A stretch of 64,000 nt of DNA from Hormiphora californensis (GCA_020137815.1 CM035359.1:3658001-3722000), one strand, 5' to 3'; shown: positions 25,791 to 39,017, counted from the first letter of the stretch. Numbers and translations: made by a program. The notes: generated from the letters alone by a model not told the origin.

Positions 25791-26862
25791 GTCTCTATAT
25801 AGTTATATATATTTTGCTGACCAAGTTGCGTCTACCTCAAGATGTATTACACACTCCTTACATTTGAAATGGCTATCAATTGATGCATGACTAGTATTTC
25901 AGGCAGCCCAGGTACCTCATGTGGTGTCGATATTGACTATTGTACAGCATGCTCAATCGGAATCCCTAATTTTCCCTAATCGGAATCCCTAATTAGGGAT
26001 TACTAAGAACATAACAATTAATTGTTATTATCTTAGTAAAAACTTCTTACCCTCGGGTAGGGGCGCGCGATACAGAGTCTAGCTAGGCAAGTCGTATGAT
26101 TTCCCTCAATCCCTAGAGCCGGATAATTAAGAAAAGCAATTCTTTATTTCAGATCTGAAAGATGTGGAAAACTGGGATGAAACTGGGAAAAAGTTCCTAC
26201 GAGGAAGGGCCCCTTCAACAAACAGAGTAATGGTGATCACAAAAAGGGAAATGTAAATGGTTATAGCCGATAGGAAGAAGACCCGTACAAATTATAATAT
26301 GATTACATGGCTTATTATATTAGGTACAGCCAGGGAGTCTCTGCTTCACCCCCATATCAGTTTTCTTACCATATACCATACCAACGTTTCTCTTATGATC
26401 CCTGGCCCTCGGGGGTGAAATTAGTTTACTCCTACACGAGGGTCGAGGTGCCACTGTTTTGTTGCTAAACCCCACGGCTCTAGACAAGATACAGTCGACA
26501 AAAATCCGCATTATATGCAGGTGTACTGGGTAACAGAGCTGAAGGCAACTATAAAGTACCCCATACACAAACAAAATTGATCCCCCTGCGCAGTGGGGAT
26601 CGAATATAAATTTTGTTAGCTGCGTCGAAGAGCTTTCTTTCTCTTCCTAACAAGGAGCACACTGTAAAAATATAAAAGTATCCCTATCGACTATAATAAT
26701 TGGGGGAAAACAGTCGCGCCTAAACCTCGGGCTATTTTCCACTGAGACCTGAGATCTCAGTCGTGATTCAGACACGACTGTTAATACCCCCATTAGAGGC
26801 AAAGATTGAAAACATATTTAATCAAACGTTTAACTATCTCAGATTTCAACTTGACGAAACAC

Positions 26863-26932
26863 TTGGTGACATAGACACCGTGCGCGACCAAGTGAGCTCA
26901 ATCTTGGTCGCGCACGGTGTCTATGTCACCAA
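26863..26932. repeat. 70-bp palindromic mini-MITE, same family as 5066-5409 and 53638-53702
   Basis: TTGGTGACATAGACACCGTGCGCGACCAAG...CTTGGTCGCGCACGGTGTCTATGTCACCAA. Confidence 0.85.
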
Positions 26933-27651
26933 ACGAAACACTTGTTTGGTCAGCCAAAGCTCTGACCAGTGACCACAGCTGTTCAGTTCTTGTGTGCTCC
27001 GCATGCAGAAAGAAATGAGAATATAATGCTCTGACAGTAAAACAGTGAAATAACCTTGAGTACTAGCTGCCGGGTGAGACCCCTTTAACTCAACAAACTA
27101 TGGGGGGAGACACGCCGGAGTTCTAACCTCGCTCTTGAATGTCAATTATAATAAAATATATGTAATGGACTCAGCGATTCAAACCAAACCAAATATATGT
27201 AATGGTCAACACGTACTGCTTACCTGAAAACAAAAAGATATTTCTTTATAAAGGAGCTGTAATACTACACTTGCTAGATCAGTAGCTATAGCTGTATAAT
27301 GTTTGTTTATGGGGTGGAAATGGGCCTGGTTGTATGATGTTTACTGTAGCGATTACGAAACACATCCATCATACATCAAGTCCAAAACGTCTACCTTCTC
27401 GCCGGTCCACCCTGATTTCGACTAAATGACTGAGGACGCTGCGGTTTTTCGGGTTGGCAACCCGTCTGACTTTAATAACTTGCTACGAATCTCTCGGCAT
27501 CCTCAAATTTGGCGTCAGCGAATGCTGGCAAGCACCTTACTCCGGACAGCGAGGTTAGGGTGACCAGAGGACGGGAGGAGGGTAAAGCTGATTCAGGTGA
27601 TTCGGGGCCCTCCGACCTGATGGGAGTCTCGGATCTTAAATATATTTTTTA

Positions 27652-27707
27652 TATGCGCAGCATACAGACGGAAGAACTATAGTTCTTCCGTCTGTATGCT
27701 GCGCATA
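27652..27707. repeat. Perfect 56-bp palindrome
   Basis: TATGCGCAGCATACAGACGGAAGAACTATAGTTCTTCCGTCTGTATGCTGCGCATA. Confidence 0.95.
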
Positions 27708-27986
27708 CAGTGAACATGATACATAGAAGTATAACAGAACAGCTTACCTAAAACGAACAATAGAGTCTGGATACAAAGACTACACGACGGATGAAACTCT
27801 AACAGAAACCATCACTTGTACGTGGTAGCTAAAGGTCTATAAATCTAATAATGGTCGACTCGAGTTTCATACATCTGGGCCCCCGTAATCCGCTGTTCTG
27901 ATCAGATCAGAACGATGTGCCTGGTGAAACTCGAGTCGAGTTTCACTGTACCGGCATTAGACCCTTAGGCCAAAAACCCGCCCTAA

Positions 27987-28122
<136 letters not shown>

Positions 28123-28277
28123 TCTCATGAGATCTCGGATATATCTGGGTTACAATGTTACATTCGGTAGGTTGGGTTTATGAAGGGGTTGTAGTAGTGG
28201 TATGTTGTGAATATATCAGTAGGTATGTCTATTATACAATTGTAAAAAACTTAAAAGCACAACTTCAGCTCCATACC

Positions 28278-28916
28278 CGGTATTGTTGAGGTAAAGATCA
28301 TAACTTCTACTATTCTAATGATAATTCCGAGTGTAGTTTCAGAAGGGTCCTTGAAGTCATCGTACAGGAATACGGCAAGGGTCGGTTCCGAAGTGACAGG
28401 ACAAGGAACTGTGTAGGTCTGGTGTTCCAAGTCAAACACTAGACTGACAGAATTGATAGTACTACAGGTGGTATTGATGGATGATCCGATGAGAATCACT
28501 TGGGTACCGATTAGTCGCTTTAGAGACTTTTCGTCAACTCCTAGATACCTAGTGATTGAATAAGTTGCATTGGTAACTAATTGAAAACTGCTATGTAGCA
28601 CTATTAATATTATTATATACTAGAATTTCAAAAGAAAAATAAGATACAAAACCAATATGATATAATACAATTACTTGCTTATGATGACCACCTTCTCCAC
28701 GGTAGTCTCTCTAGAAAGAGTCAATTTCAGCCACTCCGGATTGCCATCAAGACTTGAGTGGTATGAAGTGGTAATGTCGCTATCCAGTACATTTTCAGGC
28801 ACAAGCGTGCTAGATTTCCAGGTTGTTACTGTCCTCGCGGTAGCCTTGCTCACAGCAACTTGAAGGGATTTACCATCGGAGGCTGACAGCAACAACAACA
28901 CAACCAGTATGAACAT
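28278..28916 (-). CDS. First two exons (28916-28675, 28548-~28278) of a secreted F-type lectin/F5-8C domain protein
   Basis: Signal peptide MFILVVLLLLSASDG, then PENVLDSDITTSYHS...PEWLKLTL...VEKVVIIS. GTAATT...cactAG intron joins in frame to YLGVDEKSLKRLIGTQV...TCSTI...YTVPC...IVEVMIF. Confidence 0.75.
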
Positions 28917-29218
28917 GGTGCTAAAAAGTAATAAGAGAATAACTACAAAAGTTCAGTAAAAGCCGTACTTTTCCAATTAATTTTTGCTCAGATCTCACTA
29001 ATGAATAATTAATTAACCTGTGTGTGTGTGATCACGTCTCTCTGAAGGTCCCTGGCTCAATTCCCGGACAAGCATAGTTTAAAAAATCTTTCAATTAATT
29101 TATCCTGCCTGTGCCTGTTTGTGATTTCCCCGTAGCCTATTGAACAAAGGGCGTGTCCTGTGTATCAGCAGCAGAAGGAGAAATTAAAATTACTTGAGAC
29201 TTCCTAATTTATTATATG

Positions 29219-29490
29219 ATTAGATGACTGGTTAAAATGGTCTATTACTTTTTAGTGCACGAGGCCGAAGGCCGAGTGTTCTAAATACAACAATAATGAA
29301 CCGAGACCGACAGGTCGAGGTAGATCCTTTTACTTAGCTGCCGAGCCTGCGAGGCACGCTAAGTGTAACTACTGAGCAAGCCTGCGAGCTCTGTAGTTGT
29401 ACTTTTGGGCCGAGCCTGCGAGGCCTAAAAGTGAAAGAATCTTTAACATTATTGTTGTGTAATAGAGCATGTAAAAGCAGTCATCTAATT
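29219..29490. mobile_element. Non-autonomous element with short terminal IR and internal GCCGAAGGC / GCCTGCGAGGC hairpins
   Basis: ATTAGATGACTG...CAGTCATCTAAT termini. Motifs GAGGCCGAAGGCCGAG and repeated CCGAGCCTGCGAGGC. Confidence 0.5.
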
Positions 29491-29570
29491 ATATTAGATG
29501 ATTTTGGAAACAAACTGAGTGAACGAGATAAAGATTGAGAGAGAGAGAGAGAGAGAGAGTGAGAGAGAGA

Positions 29571-29670
<100 letters not shown>

Positions 29671-30865
29671 GAGAGAAAGAGAGAAAGAGAATGTGTGTGA
29701 GAGAGAGATAGGGAAAGAGAGAATCGAAGGCAGAGAGGGAAAGCAGATGCAGGCCGCTCATTGGGGTGGTGCCATCACGTGACGATCACGTGACCTATAG
29801 TTACAGAGGGGAAGAAAAGATAAGGGTTAGGGCGTGTGTGACGATCACGTGACCTAGAAGAGTTGCAACATGTCGCAGAGGGAAAGAAAAGATAAGCGTG
29901 TGCTGTTGCGTGTGCAGTAGTTAGGGCGTGTGTACTGTGTAGTGACGTAATGTTCACACTGTGTGCGTGTGACTAGAAAGTGTTTAATTTTTCACATACC
30001 ACTGCAGCGGTATTTTACTTTATAATTACTAGTGTTTTTGCAGTGGTCTAAAATTTCACAGTACACTTTAACCACCGGAAACAGTGTACTGTGAAAATTT
30101 AGACGACCGGTCAAAATTGTCTAATAAAAAATAGCTTTGAAGTTTGCAGAAAAAAAGATAAAATTGTCCACGTTCATTGCTTAACAATTAAAAAACAACG
30201 AGCGTGGAAAAACACGCTTCGATCACTCGCTGACGTACGCACGTGTCGTGTAAGCTGTTCCAAATGGGAAACTCACAGCTCTAATCGCTCCAACTGCAGT
30301 AATTCTATTGATACCACGTGAAGCGTTGCGGCGCCACTTAACCGGCCTGTTGTAGCATTCCCCCACAGTAACAGACACCGCTTTAATTTCTCTAACAGTA
30401 GGCAGCTAAAAGCAGGCTGATGCAGGCAGACAGCTCAAAAACTATGGTAGGCAGACTCTACTGCACTAACGGACTCTAAACACAAGGAGGACTCTATACC
30501 TAACCCTAACCCCTAACCTCGAACCCAAATAAGGGCCCTAAACGAGTATATAGGGGCACGGCGAACTCTCGCTTCCGGCCTAAAGGGAAAAAACCTGGAG
30601 AAAACAGGCATTCGTGCAGTCATTGTCTATTATAACTGCCGCGTCCCCCCTTTCAACTCTGTCTGGCTGGAGAGGGGCGAGAATGGGAGATAAAGATGGG
30701 GTAGCTATCACATGAATACCTACAACAATGGGAGAAAATTATGACACCTTTGACATATAACTGATAACAGGGGGGGGAGTTTGGCGGCCAACATCGGCCT
30801 GAATATAATTATGCAGTATTTTCAAAAAATATTTTGTCCGGATCTGAGGGGGCTCCAAAATACTA

Positions 30866-31820
30866 CAGTCGGACCCCGATTTACCGGAATCCTCGGGGGA
30901 AGCCATTTTGCCCGGTAAATCGGGGTGCCCGGTATATCGGGGTAGAGCATATTTGACCCATAAATCCTACTTTTGTCCAAAATTCTATACCAAGACACCT
31001 CTAACTGTACAGTACACATTTATTAATGACAATATGATCATTGCTTCTGTCATTAGAAATAGAAAATTTAAAAAATTTAGAAACTTTTTCTAAGGTAAAC
31101 CACCCCGACCAAGTCCGAATCGTGTTTCGAATCGGTATACATCTTATCGCATGTCCTGCCGCTAATTAGACGGTTCGAAACGAACCGATACGTGATACCA
31201 TGCCGAATCTGGGCACCTTCAGCAGGGTCAGGAAGTATCAAAGTTTCAAAATAACTTTTTCTCTGAAAATTTACGGGGAGCATCGATCAAAGCATTGATA
31301 ATGATTCTGTAAAATTTTGCAAAAAAAAAGTTATGAAGTTTTTCTAAGGTATACCAGCCACGTTCGAATCGTGTTTCGAATCGGTGCATCTTATCACGTG
31401 CCCTGCCGCTAATTAGATGGTTCGAAACGAACTGATACGTGATACCATGCCGAATCTGGGCACCCTAAGCGGGGGGAGGAAGTATCAAAATTTCAAAATA
31501 ACTTTTTCTCTGAAAATTTACGGGGAGCATTGATCAAAGCATTGACAATGATTCTGTAAAATTTTGCAAAAAAAAGTTATGAAATTAAGGTATACCAGCC
31601 ACGTTCGAATCGTGTTTCGAATCGGTGCATCTTATCTTGTGTCCTGCCGCTAATTAGACGGTTCGAAACGAACCGATACGTGATCCCCATTAGACCTAGC
31701 GAATTGCAAATGCAAGTTTACCAACCGGCGAAAATTTTCCAAAAAAAATCGGGGGAAAGAAATCCTCCCGGTAAATCGGGGTTCCGGTAAATCGGGGCCC
31801 GGTAAATCGGGGTCCGACTG
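30866..31820. mobile_element. pogo/Tc1-mariner-type non-autonomous DNA transposon (~955 bp), TA TSD
   Basis: TIR CAGTCGGACCCCGATTTACCGG, TA on both sides, internal ~240-bp tandem units. Highly similar to 35571-36546. Confidence 0.9.
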
Positions 31821-31924
31821 TAATAGTAATAGCGACAATTCTTGCGTCGGCATTTGTGTAAGAATTAGACATTTTACATATTGTATGAGTCATGATACAA
31901 AGTAAAATAAGCAGCTTTTCGAGT

Positions 31925-32250
31925 TCAACGATCTCAGATTGTTTTACAAGATTGTGTATGGTATGATTAGCATCACTGTCCCTCAGTACATTCAACCGAT
32001 CAACCCCAGCACACTCAGGGCCACCCGTCAGAATAGTGACATTCGTGACGGTCGTGACAGAACGACTCTAGTTTTCATGTCTGCCTACAATACGAACATT
32101 CATAGGGCTCTTAGGACTAGCTTTTTCACCGGGTCACTGACTTGTGGAATAAGCTACCCTACCCTATCAGACAGAGTGAATCTTTGACTGAGTTTGTCCG
32201 TCTCACTAAGAAACACCTTATTGAATCCATTGTACCCAGTAACGATCTAT
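31925..32250 (+). mobile_element. 3' fragment of a CR1-group LINE ORF2 (frameshifted)
   Basis: DLRLFYKIVYG...PQYI...LRATRQ...RTSFF, then LWNKLP in a shifted frame. Homologous to the C-terminus of the ORF2 ending at 34027. Confidence 0.7.
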
Positions 32251-33268
32251 AGTACACTCTACACCTCCCCCTCCCCCATCCCTTCCCACTCTGTTCATGT
32301 TCACAGTCCGAGATATGAGGCTGCTCCACCCTCGGGATAGCCGCCAGTCCGCCAGGTATTTTCTACCCCCTCTCTTTAGTACTTCAATTTCCGTGACGAG
32401 GCTTTTGCAGTATTTTATAAGCCTTCTATCAGGTTTTCAGAGCCCCTTAGCTGCAGCAGACGCTGTGTGGGGTCCCTAGTGTGTACGGTTTTTATGTGTG
32501 TATTGAATTCCTTAACTTTGTATGTATACCTAAAATAGTTCTTCCCAGTAAAAAATGGACGCTGTGCGGGAGGGAGAGCGCTCTACCAATATAATTGCTG
32601 TATATGCTCTCCAAAAACATCCACCAACACCACCTTCTATTCCTCTTTTTGTTCTTTTTAAAGGTTGTAGGTACATCGTAGAACCATTTATTTAATTCTA
32701 ACTAATCGAATAATTTGATACAACAGTAGGAATTGACACAGGCCAGGTCTTGATTTTGATACTCGTCCGAATCATCGAGTAGAGAATCACGTATCATGAT
32801 ATCTAAGTTAACTGGGGCGAACGGGTTTGCTAGTGTTTTTCTAAATATAGAAAATTTATTCTTTTTACTAGGCTCACAGATCTGCTAACTGTTATAGCTT
32901 TGGAGATCTGCTGACTTTGGTTAGCTTGAGAACTACTGAGTACTGACTTTGGAATTTAGCTATATACGTTGACATGTTCCTTGTCTGTCAGCTCTCACAC
33001 CGGGCCGAAGGCCCGGTGCGAGCTTACGCGAGCCCGAAGGGCGAGCGTAAGCTCAAGTGCCGATAGACAGACTGCGTAGCATGGCAATATATACGTTTTG
33101 GTTTCATCAATATCTCGACCAAAACGCAGAGTTCACGTCATCTGACTAGAAACTGGCCTATTATATTTGACCGCCTGCTTAGTCTCAGAATTTATAAATC
33201 ACTGAATGCTTTATCATTTACCCGACAGTTTGTATTAATAATATTTAATTCATAATTAAAACCGTTAT

Positions 33269-33423
33269 TAAAGTCGGATTTTTTGAAGTTGTCACCCCCC
33301 TTTTCGTGCGCGGAATGTTTTTGCGCGTCACATCACATGTTAACGTGTGGTGTGCGCGTCAAAATTGATAAATTTCACATGCGCGGTCATTTGGGGGTGA
33401 CAACTTCAAAAAATCCGACTTTA
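33269..33423. mobile_element. MITE with ~30-bp TIRs
   Basis: TAAAGTCGGATTTTTTGAAGTTGTCACCCCC...GGGGGTGACAACTTCAAAAAATCCGACTTTA. Confidence 0.8.
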
Positions 33424-33445
33424 TTATTTTTAGGACTCCATTACG

Positions 33446-33576
33446 ATGATAAAAACTACTCACAGTACCCTCCTGAAGATTCTTTACTTGATCGTCTACA
33501 CGATGGTGGTCATGACTCTAGGGGCACTCTTTCTTTCACACCCTATCTCGGGACCGGTGAAAAAAACTATATGTTC
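33446..33576 (+). pseudogene. 5' part of a carbohydrate sulfotransferase CDS (type II membrane anchor), separated from the rest by the LINE
   Basis: MIKTTHSTLLKILYLIVYTMVVMTLGALFLSHPISGPVKKTICS. Joins in frame through the ATGTTC duplication to 40619 onward. Confidence 0.8.
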
Positions 33577-34026
33577 TCATGATTTGATTGATTTGATTTG
33601 GAAAAGGATAAAAATCGATATATTTATAAAGACAATATCCCGGTTGGCTCCTATTGACGGAGTGTCAATATAGACGGAGCGCTTACACCTCAAAATACTC
33701 TAAAAAATTCACACACAGACAGTTCTCACACACTACGGACAAACAGACTAATACAGTATATTTTTAATAGGATAAACAAAATCTAATATGGCTGCTATAG
33801 ATAATATATTGATTATTTCCCCCTCCCTAGCCAGCCCCCAAAAATTCTTGTTTGTAAATGTCTTGTAATTAATTTTGTGATTAGATTCGCGACTGTGCGA
33901 TTGCTTGTTGTATAGTTTCAACTCTTCAACACCACACCAAAGAAATAAATAATTTGAAGTCCATGAGATAGGAAAGATTGATCTAAAGTTTAGAAAGTAG
34001 GTGAAGTCAATAGCACAGCCGCGAAT

Positions 34027-37000
34027 TTACGAATTTGGAATATTATTCCAGAGGTAATCTTTGAGCTTGGCCACAAAGGCGTCATGAGAATCTAGGCATC
34101 GTAGTTCATGCGGAAGGTTATTCCATTCCACATGGATACGGTAAAAATAACTATGTTTAAAAGCGTCAATATTAGGGTTATGTGTGCAAATGATGTCTGT
34201 TTGGTCCCGGTTTGTCTGTTGTCTAGTTGTACGCCTGTCGTGTCTGTCAGGGATGTATTTGTGAAGGAACATTGGAAGTTTTAGGGATGAAGATCCGTAG
34301 AATATCTTATGAAACAGTTTTAAGTCATTATAAAGGAACCTTTCGGTAATAGGAAGAATCTTTCTTTGTTTAAGTTTACTGACATACGTTTTCCAATCAT
34401 AGCTGAGCTCCATTTCATTATTTATCCATTTTAATGCACGTTTTTGGAGCTTTTCGAACTTTTCAATACTAGAGGCTGAAACTGGTCGCCATATCTGGCT
34501 GCAGTGTTCAAACAACGAACTAACAAGACTGACATAAAGTGTTCTCCTCTTTAGAGGGGAATCAACCAGAGCACTAGTTCTCTTGACTAGGCCTAACCTC
34601 TGAGACGTTTTAGAAATTATCATGTTTTGGTGTTCTAGAGGCGATAATTTTCTATTGGTGATCACCCCCAGGTCAGTTTCATTTGTACATTGTTGAATCT
34701 CACTACTTCCTAAGTAATATTTTAGGTTAACAGGCTTATGCTTCAAGGTACATCTAAGAAGTTTACATTTATTAGGGTGGAACTTCATTTTATTTTTCAC
34801 ACTCCACTCAATCAATCTATCAATATCAGGCTGGAGACTATCATTTTCATTCTTAATCGTCCTCCAGATTTTTAGATCATCTGCATATAGCTTTATATTG
34901 GTTTCTCCTTCATCCCCAATGGCCTCAACTATATCATTTATAAATAGAACAAAAAGGAATGGACCGAGGATGGATCCTTGAGGGACTCCACTCTTAACAT
35001 TAGACCATTCCGAGAATTCACCATCTAATGCTACTCTCTGTCGACGTCCAGATAAGTACGCTTTAAGAAATTGCAACATTTTACCGTTTATGTTATACTG
35101 GACTTTAAGTTTTTCAAGTATGACATCGTGTGATACGCTGTCAAAAGCCTTTTGAAAATCAAAATATATAATATCTGTTTGCAAGTGTTGGTTTAAATTT
35201 ATTGCTAGCTCACAGTTAAACTCGATCAGTTGGGTCGTACATGACTTCAGTGGTACGAACCCATGCTGATGAGGTGTAACTTTCTCCAGACAAGCCCTAT
35301 ACAGGCGCTCTCTAACCAACTTTTCGAAGACCTTCATAATTAGACACGTAAGAGAAATCGGTCTATAATTCTCTACATTAGACTTATCTCCTTTTTTGTG
35401 GACTGGCACAACATTTGCATTTTTCCACTCAGTTGGAATAGACCCTTCATCAAAAACTTTGTTAAAAATTAATACTAGTGGATATGCCAATGATTTGTGA
35501 CATTTTTTCAAAACTATACCGTCTATATTATCTGGGCCAGTGGCCTTGGATGCATCTAATTTTCTTAATACAGTCGGACCCCGATTTACCGGGATCCTCG
35601 GGGGAAGCCATTTTGCCCGGTAAATCGGGGTGCCCGGTATATCGAGGTAGAGCATATTTGACCCATAAATCCTACTTTTGTCCAAAATTATATACCAAGA
35701 CACCTCTAACTGTATAGTATACATTTATTGATGACAATATGATCATTGCTTCTGTCATTAGAAATAGAAAATTTTAAAAATTCAAAAAAAATTGTAAAAA
35801 CTTTTTATAAGGTAAACCACCCCGACCGAGTCCGAATCGTGTTTCGAATCGGTGCATCTTATCGCATGTCCTGCCGCTAATTAGACGGTTCGAAACGAAC
35901 TGATACGTGATACCATGCCGAATCTGGGCATTTTAAGCGGGGTGAGGAAGTATCAAAGTTTCAAAATAACTTTTTCTCTGAAAATTTACGGGTAGCATCG
36001 ATCAAAGCATTGACAATGATTCTGTAAAATTTTGCAAAAAAAAGTTATGAAATTTTTCTAAGGTATACCAGCCACGTTCGAATCGTGTTTCGAATCGGTG
36101 CATCTTATCACGTGCCCTGCCGCTAATTAGACGGTTCGAAACGAACCGATAGGTGATACCATGCCGAATCTGGGCATCCTAAGCGGGGTGAGGAAGTATC
36201 AACATTTCAAAATATCTTTTTCTCTGAAAATTTACGGGGAGCATCGATCAAAGAATTGACAATGATTCTGTAAAATTTTGCAAAAAAAGTTATGAAATTT
36301 TTCTAAGGTATACCAGCCACGTTGGAATCGTGTTTTGAATCGGTGCATCTTATCACGTGTCCTGCCGCTAATTAGACGGTTCGAAACGAACCGATACGTG
36401 ATCCCCATTAGACCTAGCGAATTGCAAATGCAAGTTTACCAACCGGCCAAACTTCGAAAATTTTCCAAAAAAAATCGGGGGAAAGAAATCCTCCCGGTAA
36501 ATCGGGGTTCCGGTAAATCGGGGCCCGGTAAATCGGGGTCCGACTGTATATCTACAACTTCATCAAAGTGAAAAGTTTCGTTGTTAAAATCATTATCGTG
36601 GTTTCTATCAAAATCAATTGGTGTGCTATACGTACTGGCTTGTGTGAACTGTTTACAAAAAAAATCATTAAAGGGCCTAAAAACCCAACTTTTATTTAAT
36701 TATTTTGAACACTACATCGTAACAAGCATGCTATTGGAGTCCCAAAAAACATAGGTTCACGCCCCACCCGCCCAATGTGAGCCCAGGGGGAGCCCCTCAA
36801 GTTGGGGCCATTTGGGGTCCCCTTGTAAATGCGCTTGTACTCCTTGAAATGCTAACAATATGATCCTCTCTCAAATATAAAATTTAGGATAGAAACTATC
36901 CTTGTGTTTTAGTAGATTTCATAATCTTTCTCATCAATTATTATTTAAGCATATCAAAACTAGGAGAAAAATTACCAGAATACAGAGACAAGAAAGATTA

Positions 37001-39017
37001 TGTACTCACCTGAAACATAAGGCTAAATTTTACCCAAAACTTCAAATTTCAGAGAGGATCATATTGTTAGCATTTCAAGGAGTACAAGCGCGTTTACAAG
37101 GTGACCCCAACTGGCCCCAACTTGAGGGGCTCCCCCTGGGCTCACATTGGGCGGGTGGGGCGTGTACCTATGTTTTTTGGGACTCCAATAAATAAAATTT
37201 GGGTTTTTAGGCCCTTTAAACATTTTGCATTTTTGTTGACTACTTTTTTCAGAGTTATCCTCGTAATGAACTATATCAGGGACTCTAGTGCTGCTAGTTT
37301 TTGATTTCACATGTTTAAAAAACTTTTTGGAAATTGCAGCTGTAGAGGCAGACTCATCAATGGAGGAGAGTTCTAGAAAGTGTGTTTCTTTCTCCCTTGA
37401 CGCTTTTCTGTACTCTGCCTCCATACAAGTAAATACATTTTTTAGGGAAATATCATTTGGAAATTTCAGAGAACCTTTTCTAGAATTATCCATTGACCTT
37501 TTTAACTGTCTCAACTCATCATCGTACCAGGGTGGTTGAGATCCTATTTTTACATTAACTAATGGTACATGGTGTCTTAGGGTAATATCTAATTTTGATT
37601 TAAATTTCTGAAGAGATTGCTCGGCCCTGAGGTGTTTGAATTCCTTAGTCCAGTCATACCGAATCAGTCCCTCATTAATCGCATCCCAATCAGCTTTCTT
37701 GTAAGAAAACTTTTTAGCCGTCTTAAACTTGGGTCTTATCTTTTTGATTTGCACCTCACATTTAATAGTGAAGTGGTCAGATTTGACTAAACAATTTTCT
37801 TCTACCGATACATTGGAAAAACACGAACTATTATTTGTGAGAATTAGATCTAATACATTTCCATCCCTGTGTGTTGGTGCGTTTATTAACGAACTCATAC
37901 CCAGAGATGTAAAAAGGTGAGCAAAGCCTTCGTGTATACTATTGCTCGATACTGGGTCATCCCAATCTTTAACCGAACTTAGATTGAGATCCCCGATGAT
38001 AGCTAGGTTTTTATATTTTCTAGATAGGCGTGTGTAGTACCGCTCAGTTTCTTCAAGACAATCTGACCCCGAGTAGTCATACCTGTAGAATGTTGAGATA
38101 CATATCGGGGTCAGGTTTTTTGACTTGAGCAGTATGGTGACAATAGGCAGATTTACCTTGTCCTTTACCTGATCAACTTCAATACCCATGTTATTCTTAC
38201 ATAGAATCATAACTCCTCCCCCACCCTTTTTATCATACATTTCCATGTCCCTTTTAGTTCTATCTTTTCTGTATATTGTATAGAACTGATCGGACACTAA
38301 TTCCCCATCATTGACATGCTTGTTCAACCACGTTTCATTTAATACTACAATTTCTGGCTCATAAGTAAACAAGTATGCTCGGAGATCAGAGAGTTTAGAT
38401 ACTTGAAACTGGGGCTGATCACCACTAATTGATTGCATATTTATGAGACCATTAACGTTGCAGTACACCACACTGATTTTTGTTTTTGGTTCAGTAGGCC
38501 CAGGATTTACAATACTGGGCTGGTGGATAACAATAAGTGCTTTTGCTAGACTCGAAAGAAAGATTAATAGTACGACTAGTCGATACCTAACTATGATTTT
38601 GGAACAGGTGTTCCCTATTTTCCCCATACTTTTGAATATCACCAGGGTTAACACACAATTAGCATACCAAATGTAATGCTGGTTGATACTCTTACCGACT
38701 TCTTCTCGGCCTGTTTCCATACATAGTTCTCTACAGGACAGAGAGGAAGTACATCTGGAAATAGAGCCTAAAAGAATAAGTATTAGTATACTGTAACTTA
38801 GGTAGAGAATCAAATGAAATGGTGATATTGATGATGTTTGTCTGTACTGTCGGTCAAGGGTTTTGTTAGTAAACATTTTTCTTTTTCCACCCCTCCCCCC
38901 TGCAAACCTCCCAATAGTTTGTCTGTACTGTTCAGCACTTATCATTGTGGGGGTTTTGGATTTTGGTTTCGGCACTAAGGGTACACGGAGGGTCTGTTGG
39001 TTGGGGTAATAAAACAA
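34027..39017 (-). CDS. LINE ORF2 (hydrophobic leader, APE endonuclease, reverse transcriptase) interrupted by two MITEs
   Basis: APE: YCNVNGL, LNETWL, RKDR..GGGV, GDLNL, THRDGNVLDLILTN, SDH. RT: KATGPDNI, NYRPISLT, QHGF, DFQKAFDSVSH, SGVPQGSILGP, YADD, DLGV. Removing 36672-37219 and 35571-36548 leaves 3465 bp (1155 codons) with junctions KMFNDFFCK and VVDILRKLD. Confidence 0.93.
35571..36546. mobile_element. pogo/Tc1-mariner-type non-autonomous transposon (976 bp) in LINE ORF2
   Basis: TIR CAGTCGGACCCCGATTTACCGGG, TA TSD at 35569-70 and 36547-48. Confidence 0.92.
36672..37215. mobile_element. Kolobok-like MITE (544 bp, TTAA TSD) in LINE ORF2
   Basis: TTAA|AGGGCCTAAAAACCCAA...TTGGGTTTTTAGGCCCT|TTAA with long imperfect arms. 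RR..YY termini with TTAA fit Kolobok better than piggyBac (CC..GG). Confidence 0.8.

Noticed and set aside
30497-30530. (CCCTAA)n telomere-like motif
   Set aside because: Only about three degenerate units, internal; not a telomere.
35571-35724. N-terminus MYTIQLEV...RGPTV of the 565-aa RT ORF
   Set aside because: Read-through from the inserted MITE; the real ORF2 continues upstream of the insertion.
37059-37215. C-terminus KGPKNPNF...MLTI of the 652-aa ORF
   Set aside because: Derived from the TTAA MITE, not from ORF2.
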